A stretch of 62,763 nucleotides of DNA from Candidatus Epulonipiscium sp. (GTDB taxonomy: Bacteria; Bacillota; Clostridia; Lachnospirales; JAAYNZ01), in the NCBI GenBank assembly GCA_012520595.1, contig JAAYNZ010000089.1, positions 1 to 62,763 of the forward strand, given 5' to 3'. The position numbers and the translations under genes are program-made. The notes beneath the pieces were generated by a model that saw only the letters and a program-made list of their open reading frames with translations, ran no database searches and had not been told where the DNA came from. Positions 1 to 10,293 of the stretch are shown in pieces. Numbering within the stretch: the stretch's first letter is position 1; the number at the start of each line of letters is the position of its first letter.

Positions 1-721
1 ACTTAGCTCCACTATTCTTTGATTTTGCAAATGCATCTGTGTGTTCCTTATATCGAATCTCCAATAGAAAATTACCAGGAAGACTTAATTTACATTGCTT
101 TACATTGCCTCTTAAAGCTTTTTCAACACCTGTTTCAATTAATTCTTGGGCTAACTTAGGATGGATATTAATCGTTGAATTCCCTACCCCTTGTTTTACA
201 GCAACTGTCACTATACTTTGATTAATGTGTTGTACATACTCACACAATCCCTGATCTCCACTTAAGAAAACTATAGGTACCTCTAGATATGCAGCAATAT
301 AGGAATGAAGTAAAAATTCAGTAAAATATTCATTATTTAATTTTATATAATCGATTTTTGTATTCATCGTATGCGATAATGGGTTTAGATTACTTCCCCC
401 TCCTGAATGATATCCAATAAATAATAAAGCATGGAATGACTGATCTAATTCTTGAACCATTGAAAATAAATCGCCACTCCACCCTCTTATTAACTTAGTA
501 TTTTGAGGTAAAAGGTTGTGATCTATATTCCTTCCACTATCATGAGCATCTTTTATCCATATTTCTTTTGCTCCTGCATTTATGGCTCCTTTACAAGCTG
601 CATTCACTTCTAATGTCATCTGGTGAGCAAACTCTTTAAAATCTGGTTTGTTTTTAATAGTCTCATCCCAATGAGTAACACCGTTAATTCCTTCAATATC
701 CGCACTAATAAATACTTTCAT
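1..721 (-). CDS. D-aminopeptidase DppA-like protein (peptidase M55 family); C-terminal part cut by window edge
   Basis: Absent from the ORF track because there is no stop in the window. Minus-strand ATG at 719-721 follows a GGAGG at 730-734. My translation MKVFISADIEGINGVTHWDE...IKDAHDSGRNI...IGYHSGGGSNLNPLSHTM stays open to position 1 and resembles the B. subtilis DppA/M55 layout. Confidence 0.75.
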   Translation of the reverse strand, partial: MKVFISADIEGINGVTHWDETIKNKPDFKEFAHQMTLEVNAACKGAINAGAKEIWIKDAHDSGRNIDHNLLPQNTKLIRGWSGDLFSMVQELDQSFHALLFIGYHSGGGSNLNPLSHTMNTKIDYIKLNNEYFTEFLLHSYIAAYLEVPIVFLSGDQGLCEYVQHINQSIVTVAVKQGVGNSTINIHPKLAQELIETGVEKALRGNVKQCKLSLPGNFLLEIRYKEHTDAFAKSKNSGAK

Positions 722-744
722 AATCACTACCTCCTTATACAAAT

Positions 745-771
745 GAGAGTGTCGAGAAAATCGACACTCTC
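745..771 (-). terminator. Hairpin between the ABC permease stop and the dppA-like start
   Basis: GAGAGTGTCGA-gaaaa-TCGACACTCTC, an 11-bp perfect stem. The downstream U-tract on the minus strand is weak (ATTTGTAT). Confidence 0.5.
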
Positions 772-800
772 ATCATTTATTTATTCATATCAATACATTC

Positions 801-2012
801 CTATTCATAACGAAGAGCTTCAATAGGATCTAACTTAGCTGCTTTATTAGCAGGATAAACACCAAAAATAATACCAATCATACTTGAAAGAGTTACTGTT
901 AATAGCACAACTACTAAAGATACTTTAGGAGTAATTTTCATTAGGCTACCAATACCCAGACCACCTAAATATCCAAATCCAATACCGATCAAACCTCCAA
1001 TAATGGTTAAAATCATCGCTTCGATTAAAAATTGAATGCGAATATCTTTATTTTTAGCTCCTAAAGATTTACGAATTCCAATTTCTCTTGTTCTTTCTGT
1101 AACAGTTACTAGCATAATATTCATTACTCCAATGCCACCTACTAATAAGGAAATACCTGCTACAAAACTGATAAACGCTGTAAAATAACCTAGCACCTTG
1201 TTAATAACATCTAAGCTTTCTGTAGCACTCTGTACATAATATTGATTTTCATTGCGATGTTTTTTTTCTAACATTTTTGTTAACTCTAATGAAGTGTCAT
1301 TAATCCGATCCTTATCTTGAATAGCCACCGCAAAATTTTGAATTTGATTGGTTCCATATAAATCGTGCACTGCTCCAATGGGCATATACAGCATAGCTGG
1401 TATTTGATCTGGAAATAATGATGCAAAATCACCCATAGGATTTTTAATGACTCCAATCACCGTAAACGGATGCTTTACTTGTTTTACTTGAACATAAACT
1501 TGCTGCCCGATGACGTCATCATATCCAAAAATCTCTTTGGCTAAGCCATCGTCGATAATAGCTACTTTACTTTTCATCTTTACATCAGTGTCAATTAAAA
1601 AACGACCATATAAAAAATCTAAAGCGCTAATATCCTTATAGGATTCATTGACCCCTATTAGGATAGAGCTTCGATATTCTTTTGGATTACGAAGTTGAAT
1701 TTGTGCATTTCCTCCTTGGTACAAAGGTGTTACACTAGTAACCTGAGGATGGTTTTTAATAATTTCTATGTCCTCCATAGTGAGTTGATCCCTAGAAGTG
1801 GCTTTACTCGGATCCTTTAAAGAGATCGTCAACATATTCACACCCAATTTATCAAATTCTCCTGTTAAAGCCACTTGGCTTCCCTGTCCAACGGAAGTAA
1901 TCATGATTACAGAACTAATGCCTATAATAATACCCAACATTGTTAAAAAAGAACGCATTTTGTTAGAAAACACACTACGGAAAGCCGATTTTACACTTTC
2001 GATTAGATTCAT
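801..2012 (-). CDS. ABC transporter permease, MacB/FtsX family (YknZ-like)
   Basis: 403 aa. N-terminal TM helix, large extracytoplasmic MacB-type domain and C-terminal FtsX-like 3-TM bundle (...RTREIGIRKSLGAK...). 4-nt overlap with the upstream ATPase gene. Confidence 0.9.
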   Translation of the reverse strand: MNLIESVKSAFRSVFSNKMRSFLTMLGIIIGISSVIMITSVGQGSQVALTGEFDKLGVNMLTISLKDPSKATSRDQLTMEDIEIIKNHPQVTSVTPLYQGGNAQIQLRNPKEYRSSILIGVNESYKDISALDFLYGRFLIDTDVKMKSKVAIIDDGLAKEIFGYDDVIGQQVYVQVKQVKHPFTVIGVIKNPMGDFASLFPDQIPAMLYMPIGAVHDLYGTNQIQNFAVAIQDKDRINDTSLELTKMLEKKHRNENQYYVQSATESLDVINKVLGYFTAFISFVAGISLLVGGIGVMNIMLVTVTERTREIGIRKSLGAKNKDIRIQFLIEAMILTIIGGLIGIGFGYLGGLGIGSLMKITPKVSLVVVLLTVTLSSMIGIIFGVYPANKAAKLDPIEALRYE

Positions 2013-2716
2013 AGAAAATTCCTCCTTGTGGAAAGAGGATTTTCTACAAGCTCATCAGAGATAATCTCTCCATCTCTAAAGGTTACAATACGCTTGGTAT
2101 AGGCTGCAATCTCTGGTTCATGAGTAACCATAACAATGGTAGCCCCTTCTTGATTTAGGTCTTGAAAAATCCCCATAATTTCTTCTCCTGATCGACTATC
2201 TAAGTTTCCTGTAGGCTCATCTGCTAATAAAATAGAAGGTTCATTCACTAATGCTCTAGCAATAGCTACTCTTTGCCTTTGACCTCCTGATAATTCATTG
2301 GGTTTATGATAAACACGCTCTTCTAATCCTACCTTTTTTAATGCATCCATTGCTCTATCTTTTCGTTCTTTAGCTCCAATCCCAGCATAAACCATAGGTA
2401 ATTCTACATTTTCTAAGGCCGTTAACTTAGGCAATAAATTAAATGATTGAAATACAAATCCAATTTTTTTATTACGAATATCAGCTAAAGCATCGTCTTT
2501 TAAGGAAGAAATACTAACTTCATCCAAATAGTATTCTCCTGATGTGCTCCTATCTAAGCAACCAATAATATTCATCATTGTTGATTTACCAGATCCTGAT
2601 GGTCCCATAATAGAAACAAACTCTTTTGCTTCTACTGTTAAATTTACAGACCGCAAAGCTTCTACTTGAAATTGTCCATTTTGATAAACTTTTGTTAACT
2701 TTTTAATTGTAATCAT
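2009..2716 (-). CDS. ABC transporter ATP-binding protein (MacB/LolD-type, YknY-like)
   Basis: Walker A GPSGSGKST, ABC signature LSGGQRQR, Walker B ILLADEPT. Overlaps both neighbours by 4 nt, consistent with translational coupling. Confidence 0.95.
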   Translation of the reverse strand: MITIKKLTKVYQNGQFQVEALRSVNLTVEAKEFVSIMGPSGSGKSTMMNIIGCLDRSTSGEYYLDEVSISSLKDDALADIRNKKIGFVFQSFNLLPKLTALENVELPMVYAGIGAKERKDRAMDALKKVGLEERVYHKPNELSGGQRQRVAIARALVNEPSILLADEPTGNLDSRSGEEIMGIFQDLNQEGATIVMVTHEPEIAAYTKRIVTFRDGEIISDELVENPLSTRRNFL

Positions 2717-4164
2717 TGTACATCACCTGATTGTTTTATTTCTATAGGCTTAACATAACCCCCTTCTTTCACTTGGGTATTGGGATTTATAATAATTTTT
2801 TCTCCTGGTATTACGCCTTCTACTTCTACATATAAATCTGCATAAGTACCCACTTTAACTTCTCGCTTTTCAACGGAATAATCTTCTTTCATCACATAGA
2901 CAATCGGTGTTCCATCTTTGTCTTTGATTAAAGCTAAAATAGGGATTACTGTTGCTTTTTCTTGATGTTTTGTAATAATTTCAGCTTCTACAGAATAGCC
3001 TGGTTTTAGTATTGTTTCCACTTCATTCAAATCTATTTCTACTTGTACTACTGATTCGACTCCCATACTTCCTTGTTTTACTGTCGCAATAGGTGATATC
3101 TTATATACAACGCCTTCATAAGATATTTGTTCTAAAGCATCATTTGTAATCTTCACCTTTTGTCCTTCTTTAATGTCGATGGAATCTAATTCATTAATCT
3201 CTGCTTTGATATATATCTTGCTTAAATCCCCAATTTCAATAATTGGAACCCCTGGATTAACAACCGTTCCTTTTTCAGCCCCCATTTTTAAAACCGTTCC
3301 TGATATAGGGCTTTTTGTGTTTTGTACATATTGCTCTTTTTGTGTTTGAAGATGCTCAATCTGCAGTTTTTGTAACTCCACTTGCTTTTTTTGTGTTTGA
3401 ACTTGTGTTTGATAGTTGGGACTATTTTCTTTGTGTAGTAAATCACTCAAGCTTTTTTCTGCAATTTTTTTCTGTTGCTTGGCATTTTCGATGAGTCTTT
3501 GAGCCCCTTGAACTTGTATAAAAGCTGCCTCTAACTTTTCCTCCAAAACTTGTAATTGTTCATAAGATTGTTCTACTTCTACCTTTGAAAGAGCACCCTG
3601 TTCAAATAAAACTTGGTTATTCTTATATTCTTTTTTTGCTTCTTCCAATGCTCTTTGACTTTGATTATGGTTCATCTCTGCTTGTTTTAAGTTAGATAAA
3701 GCATCTTGTACCCCTTGCTCACTTTGATTAACTGCTAACCTAGCTTTCTCTATATCTGTATCAGTACTTGGTAATATCAAATTTTTTAAAGCTAATTCTT
3801 GAATTTCTAATTGAATAAAAGCTTGTTTTAATTGTTGTTCTAAGTCATCCATTGTTTTACGATCATACACAATTAAAGGTTGATCTTTAGCTACAGAATC
3901 TCCTACCTCCACTAAAACCTCTTTTATTGTACTAGGAGTATTGACATACAATGCTTCTTTTTCTCTTACTTCCACAATTCCCTTGGTCTTAATTTTAGAT
4001 ATGATCTTATCTTCTTTGACAGTATCTACTTGAACCGATACTGCATTTTTAGGTACATTTCTTTCATTATCAACTCTTGTTCGATTCAGCCATCCAATAA
4101 CAACAAAAATAATAAAAACACAAACAATAACAATGCCCACACCTATTTTTTGTTTCTTACTCAT
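2713..4164 (-). CDS. HlyD-family membrane fusion / periplasmic adaptor protein (YknX-like)
   Basis: 483 aa. N-terminal TM anchor, long Q/E/K-rich coiled-coil hairpin, and barrel-sandwich and beta-barrel C-terminal regions typical of MacA/HlyD adaptors. Confidence 0.85.
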   Translation of the reverse strand: MSKKQKIGVGIVIVCVFIIFVVIGWLNRTRVDNERNVPKNAVSVQVDTVKEDKIISKIKTKGIVEVREKEALYVNTPSTIKEVLVEVGDSVAKDQPLIVYDRKTMDDLEQQLKQAFIQLEIQELALKNLILPSTDTDIEKARLAVNQSEQGVQDALSNLKQAEMNHNQSQRALEEAKKEYKNNQVLFEQGALSKVEVEQSYEQLQVLEEKLEAAFIQVQGAQRLIENAKQQKKIAEKSLSDLLHKENSPNYQTQVQTQKKQVELQKLQIEHLQTQKEQYVQNTKSPISGTVLKMGAEKGTVVNPGVPIIEIGDLSKIYIKAEINELDSIDIKEGQKVKITNDALEQISYEGVVYKISPIATVKQGSMGVESVVQVEIDLNEVETILKPGYSVEAEIITKHQEKATVIPILALIKDKDGTPIVYVMKEDYSVEKREVKVGTYADLYVEVEGVIPGEKIIINPNTQVKEGGYVKPIEIKQSGDVQ

Positions 4165-4173
4165 AATATCCTC

Positions 4174-4899
4174 CTACATTATACCTTGCTTATAAAGTAT
4201 ATCAAACATCCAAAAAGTCATACTAGCAGCTCCCGCTGCAAATAAAATCTTACCGATATATAAAAATATAGCAGTAATATATCCTTTCTTTTTACTAAAT
4301 TCATTTAAAATATATAATCCCATCCCTTGGAATATAACAGCCCAAATACTAAATAAAGTCATGACACTTAATAGATTATAAACAAAAGATGTCATATTAC
4401 CGCCAGGATATAATACAGCCAGACTAAATACAGTAGAAGATCTACCTAAAAAAAGATCAATTGGAGTTACTATAAGAACAAGGGTTGATGTAAGCATTGC
4501 TGTATGAATTACAAGAGATAATAATTGTTTATATGTAGATTTTCCTTTTAAAATTTTGCTTACCATTAATAAAATTACACTACTAATCAACCATCCCAAC
4601 CAAACTCCAACAGGAATACTAAAAAGACTGATCCAAAAAGATTGATTATTCGTTAATCCTTTACCTGAAAGTGATAGCATATCAACTCCATATCGTTCTA
4701 ATGATAGATAACTAATCTCTTGTTGCTGAAGTTCGATCATAGGTTTTTGAAGAATAGTCGTTAAAATAGTAATTACAAAAACATAGAAAAAAGGAATTAA
4801 AATTCGAGGACTTTCTTTGATATCTTGTAAAACTTCATTTGGAGCAACAAATATTTTGATTATCTTTTGAAACAGATTCATAGGCTTTTTGACTTGCAT
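4174..4899 (-). CDS. Yip1-domain integral membrane protein (YknW-like)
   Basis: Polytopic membrane protein directly upstream of the adaptor and ABC genes. Start moved from 4944 to the ATG at 4899 (MQVKKPMNLF...), which follows AAGAGGGG. Confidence 0.7.
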   Translation of the reverse strand: MQVKKPMNLFQKIIKIFVAPNEVLQDIKESPRILIPFFYVFVITILTTILQKPMIELQQQEISYLSLERYGVDMLSLSGKGLTNNQSFWISLFSIPVGVWLGWLISSVILLMVSKILKGKSTYKQLLSLVIHTAMLTSTLVLIVTPIDLFLGRSSTVFSLAVLYPGGNMTSFVYNLLSVMTLFSIWAVIFQGMGLYILNEFSKKKGYITAIFLYIGKILFAAGAASMTFWMFDILYKQGIM

Positions 4900-5047
4900 A
4901 AAAACACCCCTCTTCTTTATTTGTCTAACGAAAATGATCTTCAAGTTCTTTGAAAAAATTAGATCATAATGCTAATAGAAAATTAGCCCATTATTAGGCT
5001 TTTATTATTATAACACAAAGTAAAAGAAAAAAGAAAGGGAAAAGAAA

Positions 5048-5078
5048 AAAATGCCAATAGATTCACAAATGGCATTTT
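5048..5078 (-). terminator. Intrinsic terminator after ruvB
   Basis: AAAATGCCA / TGGCATTTT stem with a 13-nt loop, followed on the minus strand by TTTTTTCTTTT. Confidence 0.55.
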
Positions 5079-5117
5079 AATACTAAAAAAATTAATTATT
5101 ATGATTAAAAATCTTTC

Positions 5118-6122
5118 TTATTCTTTTACTTCATAAGGAATATGAAAATGTTTATACCCTAAAGGAGTGACCACTCTTCCTCTAGGTGTACGTTGAATGT
5201 ATCCTAATTGTAACAAGTAAGGTTCATATACTTCTTCAATCGTATCTGCTTCTTCTCCGATCGTAGCAGCTAAAGTATCTAAACCAACAGGTCTACCAGA
5301 AAACTTTTCAATCATTGTAAGTAAAAGGCGACGATCAATATGATCCAATCCCATTTTGTCTACCTCCAATAAGTCCAAAGCATCTTTCGCTACTTTTTCA
5401 TTGATTTCTCCCTCATATTTAACTTGTGCAAAGTCTCTCACTCGTTTTAAAAGTCGATTGGCTAGTCGTGGAGTACCACGAGATCGCTTAGCAATTTCTA
5501 AAGCACCCTGTTGATCAATAGCAACATTAAGAAGAATAGCAGAACGTTGTACAATTTGTGATAACTCTTGTGGAGTATAAAAATCTAAACGATGAATAAC
5601 TCCAAAACGATCTCGCAAGGGTGAAGTTAAAAGTCCAATCCGAGTTGTTGCTCCAATAAGAGTAAATTGAGGAAGATCCAATCGAATAGAACGTGCACTA
5701 GGTCCTTTTCCTATAATAATATCAATAGCAAAATCCTCCATAGCAGGATATAAAATCTCTTCTACATGGCGGTGGAGTCGATGAATTTCATCAATAAATA
5801 GGATATCACCTGGATTAAGATTGTTTAAAATAGCTGCAATGTCACCTGGTTTTTCGATGGCTGGACCTGATGTCACTTTAATGTTAACCCCCATTTCATA
5901 AGCAATAATATTAGCTAAAGTCGTTTTTCCAAGACCTGGAGGACCATATAATAATACATGATCCAATGACTCTTGTCTTTGTTGAGCTGCTTGAATAAAG
6001 ACTTCCATATTATGTTTTGCTTTAGACTGTCCAATATAATCTTGAAGTTTTTTAGGGCGAAGTCCTGCTTCTATTTCTATATCTTCTGTCATCAAATCCG
6101 TTGTAATCATTCTTTCTTTCAT
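5118..6122 (-). CDS. ruvB: Holliday junction branch migration DNA helicase RuvB
   Basis: [12 protein letters not shown], Walker [22 protein letters not shown]. Start set to the ATG at 6122, after AGGTGA. The track start at 6131 is a GTG placed only 5 nt beyond the ruvA stop codon (6137-6139). Confidence 0.96.
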   Translation of the reverse strand: MKERMITTDLMTEDIEIEAGLRPKKLQDYIGQSKAKHNMEVFIQAAQQRQESLDHVLLYGPPGLGKTTLANIIAYEMGVNIKVTSGPAIEKPGDIAAILNNLNPGDILFIDEIHRLHRHVEEILYPAMEDFAIDIIIGKGPSARSIRLDLPQFTLIGATTRIGLLTSPLRDRFGVIHRLDFYTPQELSQIVQRSAILLNVAIDQQGALEIAKRSRGTPRLANRLLKRVRDFAQVKYEGEINEKVAKDALDLLEVDKMGLDHIDRRLLLTMIEKFSGRPVGLDTLAATIGEEADTIEEVYEPYLLQLGYIQRTPRGRVVTPLGYKHFHIPYEVKE

Positions 6123-6136
6123 GATTTTCACCTATC

Positions 6137-6742
6137 TTATCCCATCATTGTTAACCTCTTAAGTCCCTCTTTAATCATATTTTCTGTGTTGGTTATATCC
6201 GTAGAATCAAGACTTTGTATAACCCGAAATGCATCATGCCGTTGGTATCCCAAAGCCACTAATGCCTCCACAGCTTCTTTCTTACTCTGATTACTTGTGT
6301 CTTTTTCTAGTCCATCAGAACATATTTCAGCTATATTTTCCATTTTAAACTTATCTTTTAATTCTAAAATCATTCGCTGTGCTGTCTTTTTACCTACTCC
6401 AGGTGCTTTACATAGAGTTACAATATCATTTCCTAAAACAGCAAAATATACCTCTGAAGGAGTTAGTGCAGATAAAATACCTACTGCCCCTTTGGGACCA
6501 ATGCCCGTAACAGAAATTAGTAGTTGAAATAATTGACTTTCTTCTTTTTTAAGAAAACCATATAAAATAAAAATATCTTCTCGAATTTGCAAATGAGTAA
6601 AAAGTTTAATCTCACTATTGACTGGAGGTAATTGAGCAAAATTTGATGTAGGAATGAACAGTTGGTAACCTATTTGTCCAGATTCTACAACAACCCATGT
6701 TTCCCCTATTTCTACTAAAGTCCCTTTTATATATGATATCAC
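6137..6742 (-). CDS. ruvA: Holliday junction branch migration complex subunit RuvA
   Basis: ISYIKGTL...GYQLFIP...GIGPK...PGVGKKTAQR (HhH motifs). GTG at 6742 lies 9 nt after GGAGAGG and gives the canonical M-I-x-x-I-x-G N-terminus. The ATG at 6760 is possible but lacks a well-spaced RBS. Confidence 0.9.
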   Translation of the reverse strand: MISYIKGTLVEIGETWVVVESGQIGYQLFIPTSNFAQLPPVNSEIKLFTHLQIREDIFILYGFLKKEESQLFQLLISVTGIGPKGAVGILSALTPSEVYFAVLGNDIVTLCKAPGVGKKTAQRMILELKDKFKMENIAEICSDGLEKDTSNQSKKEAVEALVALGYQRHDAFRVIQSLDSTDITNTENMIKEGLKRLTMMG

Positions 6743-6820
6743 CTTTGACATCCTCTCCATCCATTAGAACATCCGTTCCTTATTATACCTTATTTTTTGT
6801 AAAAGTACAAGACATCAAAA

Positions 6821-6846
6821 ATAAGGATGTAGTACTACATCCTTAT
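6821..6846 (-). terminator. Intrinsic terminator after proA (stem contains the proA stop codon)
   Basis: ATAAGGATGTAG/CTACATCCTTAT inverted repeat, followed on the minus strand by TTTTGATG. Confidence 0.75.
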
Positions 6847-8082
6847 TTGTCCCGTTCCATAAATAATATATTTTGTTGTTGTTAATTCCTTTAATCCCAT
6901 CGGGCCCCGAGCATGGAGTTTTTGTGTACTGATACCAATTTCAGCGCCAAACCCAAACTCATAACCATCTGTAAATCGAGTGGAAGCATTAACATAGACA
7001 GCTGCTGCATCCACTTCCTCTAAAAATCTTTGGGCTCTAGTATAGTTTTGAGTAATAATGGCTTCTGAATGACCTGTTCCATACAATTGAATATGATCCA
7101 TGGCCTCCTCTAAAGAAGATACAATCTTAATCGCCAAAATATAATCTAAATACTCCTGACTCCAATCTTCTTCTGTAGCTTTAGAAACTGTAGGAAATAA
7201 ATTTTTCACTTTTTCATCTCCACGTATTTCAACAGAAAAAGAGGCTAGAATCGGAAAAAGCTCAGATAAAAAAGGATATGCTATTTTTTCATGAATTAAT
7301 AATGTTTCCATTGCATTACAAACACCAGGTCTTTGTGTCTTGGCGTTAACAGCAATGGATACTCCTTGGTTTATATCAGCATATTCATCAATATAAATAT
7401 GGCAATTACCCACTCCCGTTTCAATTACCGGAATCGTACTATTTTCTACAACGGTTTTTATTAACCCCTGTCCTCCTCGTGGGATTAAAACATCAATATA
7501 TTGATTTAATTTCATTAGAGCTAATGTTGTACTACGTTGGGTATCTTCAATTAATTGAACGGCATCTCTAGAAAGTCCTGCTGTAAATAAAGTATCTCTT
7601 ATAATATTTACAATAGCTATATTGGAAAATAAGGCTTCTTTGCCTCCTTTTAAAATAACAGCATTTCCTGTTTTAAAGCAAAGCCCAAAAGCATCTGCTG
7701 TTACATTAGGACGTGCTTCATAAATAATTCCAATAACACCTAAAGGAACTCTTTTTTGACCAATTTGTAATCCATTAGGACGCTTTTTCATTATTGCTAC
7801 TTCGCCAATAGGGTCCTCTATCTGAGTAATTTGTTTTAACCCTTCTGCCATAGATCTAATTCGCTCTTCTGTTAATGTTAAACGATCTAAAAGGGCTTCA
7901 TTAATACCTCTTTCCTTCGCATTTTTAATATCTTTTTGGTTTTCTTCTATAATTTTACCTCTTTTTTCCCAAAGAGCTTTTGAAACAGCTAAAAGTCCTT
8001 GATTTTTTTCTACAGAAGATAAATGTCCAAGCTCATATGACGCTTTTTTAGCTTTGTATCCCTTTTGTTCTAATTCATTCAT
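6835..8082 (-). CDS. proA: Glutamate-5-semialdehyde dehydrogenase (gamma-glutamyl phosphate reductase)
   Basis: 415 aa, full-length ProA-like sequence (...IYEARPNVT...VCNAMETLL...NASTRFTDG...). Confidence 0.96.
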   Translation of the reverse strand: MNELEQKGYKAKKASYELGHLSSVEKNQGLLAVSKALWEKRGKIIEENQKDIKNAKERGINEALLDRLTLTEERIRSMAEGLKQITQIEDPIGEVAIMKKRPNGLQIGQKRVPLGVIGIIYEARPNVTADAFGLCFKTGNAVILKGGKEALFSNIAIVNIIRDTLFTAGLSRDAVQLIEDTQRSTTLALMKLNQYIDVLIPRGGQGLIKTVVENSTIPVIETGVGNCHIYIDEYADINQGVSIAVNAKTQRPGVCNAMETLLIHEKIAYPFLSELFPILASFSVEIRGDEKVKNLFPTVSKATEEDWSQEYLDYILAIKIVSSLEEAMDHIQLYGTGHSEAIITQNYTRAQRFLEEVDAAAVYVNASTRFTDGYEFGFGAEIGISTQKLHARGPMGLKELTTTKYIIYGTGQIRM

Positions 8083-8163
8083 AAAGCCACCTCAATTTTT
8101 TCATTTTTTTGTCTATTTTAGCACGGTGCCTACAAATCTGCAACTATAAATCCTAGATTGTTT

Positions 8164-8727
8164 TTATATCCATCTTTTTTCTGTTATAATCCAATCCAAG
8201 GCAACGTCATGGGGTTCTCTAGGCAATTTGGGTATAACCTGAAAATCGTAAGCAACTCCTATGGTCATTGCAGAATGTCGTTTTGTTTCTAAATAGGTAT
8301 CATAATATCCACCTCCATATCCAATCCTGTACTTTTGCAAATCAAATACAAGGCCCGGAATAATGAAAAGAGTTTGAATATCACTATTTTCTTCTCGCAT
8401 CCATTGAATTGAAGGTTCTAAAATACCAAAATGTCCTTTTTTTAACTCTCCAAGATTCTTAATCCTAGAAAAAATCATTTTCTTTTCTTTTGGAAAAACT
8501 TTAGGCACTGCAATGATTTTACCTAAAGCTAGCCCATGTAAAATCAAAGGAATCGTATTTATTTCTGTCCCTGTACTTACAAAAACAAAAATCTTTTTAG
8601 CTTTTTTATACCTAGGTGATTCAATAATCTTATTACAAATTTGATGACTGTAACATTGAATTTCTTCAGGTGACATTGAATTTCTTCTTACCAAAAAAGA
8701 TCTCCTAAGTAGTTTTTTGTCCTCCAT
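8164..8727 (-). CDS. 5-formyltetrahydrofolate cyclo-ligase
   Basis: 187 aa with the family motif RIGYGGGYYDTYL and the typical length. Confidence 0.88.
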   Translation of the reverse strand: MEDKKLLRRSFLVRRNSMSPEEIQCYSHQICNKIIESPRYKKAKKIFVFVSTGTEINTIPLILHGLALGKIIAVPKVFPKEKKMIFSRIKNLGELKKGHFGILEPSIQWMREENSDIQTLFIIPGLVFDLQKYRIGYGGGYYDTYLETKRHSAMTIGVAYDFQVIPKLPREPHDVALDWIITEKRWI

Positions 8728-8776
8728 CTCTTTTCCTCTTTTCTCCTACAAAACAAACCTTTCTAGCTTACAAAAA

Positions 8777-8799
8777 AGCTTCACAATATTTGTGAAGCT
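8777..8799 (-). terminator. Intrinsic terminator after the DUF2085 gene
   Basis: AGCTTCACA-atatt-TGTGAAGCT followed by TTTTTGT on the minus strand. Confidence 0.75.
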
Positions 8800-8800
8800 A

Positions 8801-9454
8801 TTAATACCATTGGGATAACCAACTTTGAAGAAAAGCTAAAGCGTTCATCCATCCTAAAGCCATGATATAAGCGGTTATATGAAAATAAATCTTTTTATTT
8901 TTAGAATTGTAAAATATCTGTTGTAAAATGCCAATAAAAAGCTGTACATATAATATATAAATAGAACATGTTAAAAGAAAGGCAAGGAAGTGCCAAGAAA
9001 AAAAGCACTTAAAATAAATCGTGAAAGCAAAAATAATCCCAACCACCAGAATATGAATATATTCAATTATGTTTCTTACTAAGATTTTTTCATTATTTTT
9101 TCGTATGTCATAATTTTTTATCAAAAGAATGAAAATAGGCAAGGTGCTACCTAACAAAACTCCTGTGATAAGACGAATCAAATTATGGGTTGAACGAAAT
9201 CCTAAATAGGAAGTCGCTCCATCCCACAATAACGGTAAATAAGATAATAAAAGAACACATAATACCTTATATGACGGAGGGCGATTTCCATGCCAACGTT
9301 TGCGTAATAATAAATATATAAAACTTACAAATACTCCGATATAAATCCCTGTACATCGAGCACATAAAGGTAAATAAGAATGACCTATTTTTAAAGACCT
9401 ATCTGGAAGTTGATGACAAATTCCATTGCATAAAAAATATACTATTTCTTTCAT
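8801..9454 (-). CDS. DUF2085-like polytopic membrane protein
   Basis: N-terminal CxxxCHQxxxRS...CARCTG motif followed by several TM helices. Family assignment is from memory of DUF2085. Confidence 0.55.
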   Translation of the reverse strand: MKEIVYFLCNGICHQLPDRSLKIGHSYLPLCARCTGIYIGVFVSFIYLLLRKRWHGNRPPSYKVLCVLLLSYLPLLWDGATSYLGFRSTHNLIRLITGVLLGSTLPIFILLIKNYDIRKNNEKILVRNIIEYIHILVVGIIFAFTIYFKCFFSWHFLAFLLTCSIYILYVQLFIGILQQIFYNSKNKKIYFHITAYIMALGWMNALAFLQSWLSQWY

Positions 9455-9464
9455 TTTAAATTGA

Positions 9465-9899
9465 TTAATAAAAATAATAGGGTAATTCTGTTATAATTTC
9501 TTGCATTGCAAAATAAAAAACAAACGCACAACTACAAAAAAACAATATAAAAATAATACTAACTGTTAGCAATGCTCTTCCAAAAGTCTTTCGGTCAATA
9601 TCTTCTTTAGCCATAAAAACAATACCAAAAATCAGTCCAACTAATGCACCTAACCCTGGAATGGCGGGAACAAGAACGGATAACAAGACCTTAATCCAAT
9701 TATTTAAAGGTGGATCGATCACAGGAGTTGCTGAAGTAGTGGAGAATTTAGTGGATTCTTGAATAGAAGGCTTGGATTGCTTTATATCTTCTACAGATAT
9801 AATCTCTACTTCTTTTTCTGTATCAACCATCTTTCCACAAAAACTACAGTAAGATTGATTGTCTTCTAATAATTTACCACAATTTCTACAAAATCTCAT
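9465..9899 (-). CDS. Zinc-ribbon domain membrane protein (function unknown)
   Basis: MRFCRNCG...CSFCG zinc-ribbon, then a linker and two TM helices. GGAGG RBS upstream. Confidence 0.6.
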   Translation of the reverse strand: MRFCRNCGKLLEDNQSYCSFCGKMVDTEKEVEIISVEDIKQSKPSIQESTKFSTTSATPVIDPPLNNWIKVLLSVLVPAIPGLGALVGLIFGIVFMAKEDIDRKTFGRALLTVSIIFILFFCSCAFVFYFAMQEIITELPYYFY

Positions 9900-9911
9900 A
9901 AGATACCTCCT

Positions 9912-10121
9912 CTAATGTTCTATTTTTCTTTTTAATGGTTGAGGATTTCCATCTTTATCTTGAATGTACACACTTTTTATAGTTTGTTGAAAATTATTTC
10001 GCATTAATTGAATATATTCTTGCCTAAGTTGATGTTGTTCTTTTTGCTCTTCTAAAGTTAATCCCACACTCTTTTGCTTTTTATATAATTCATTAATTCG
10101 TTGTATTTTTTCTTTTTCCAT
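9912..10121 (-). CDS. DUF896 / UPF0291 family small protein (YnzC-like)
   Basis: 69 aa, INELYKK...GLTLEEQKEQ..LRQEYI pattern characteristic of UPF0291. Confidence 0.75.
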   Translation of the reverse strand: MEKEKIQRINELYKKQKSVGLTLEEQKEQHQLRQEYIQLMRNNFQQTIKSVYIQDKDGNPQPLKRKIEH

Positions 10122-10293
10122 ATGAAACTTCCTACTTTCTAATTAAAACTTAATGTTATAAACAGCATAGATATTATTATTATAATACACCTTAAAAAAA
10201 ATTTCAAAAAACTTATCCTTTTCTTTTATTAAAAACAAGGTATTTTTTATTTTATAAACGTAAATACTACGTATTATAACTAGAGGTGATAAT

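Noticed and set aside
8164-8727. 5-formyl-THF cyclo-ligase as a marker for a nearby 6S RNA gene (ssrS-ygfA linkage known from E. coli)
   Set aside because: The candidate structured RNA lies about 3.6 kb away with other genes in between. The flanks of the cyclo-ligase gene (8083-8163 and 8728-8800) are too short and contain only a terminator, so the linkage argument does not apply.
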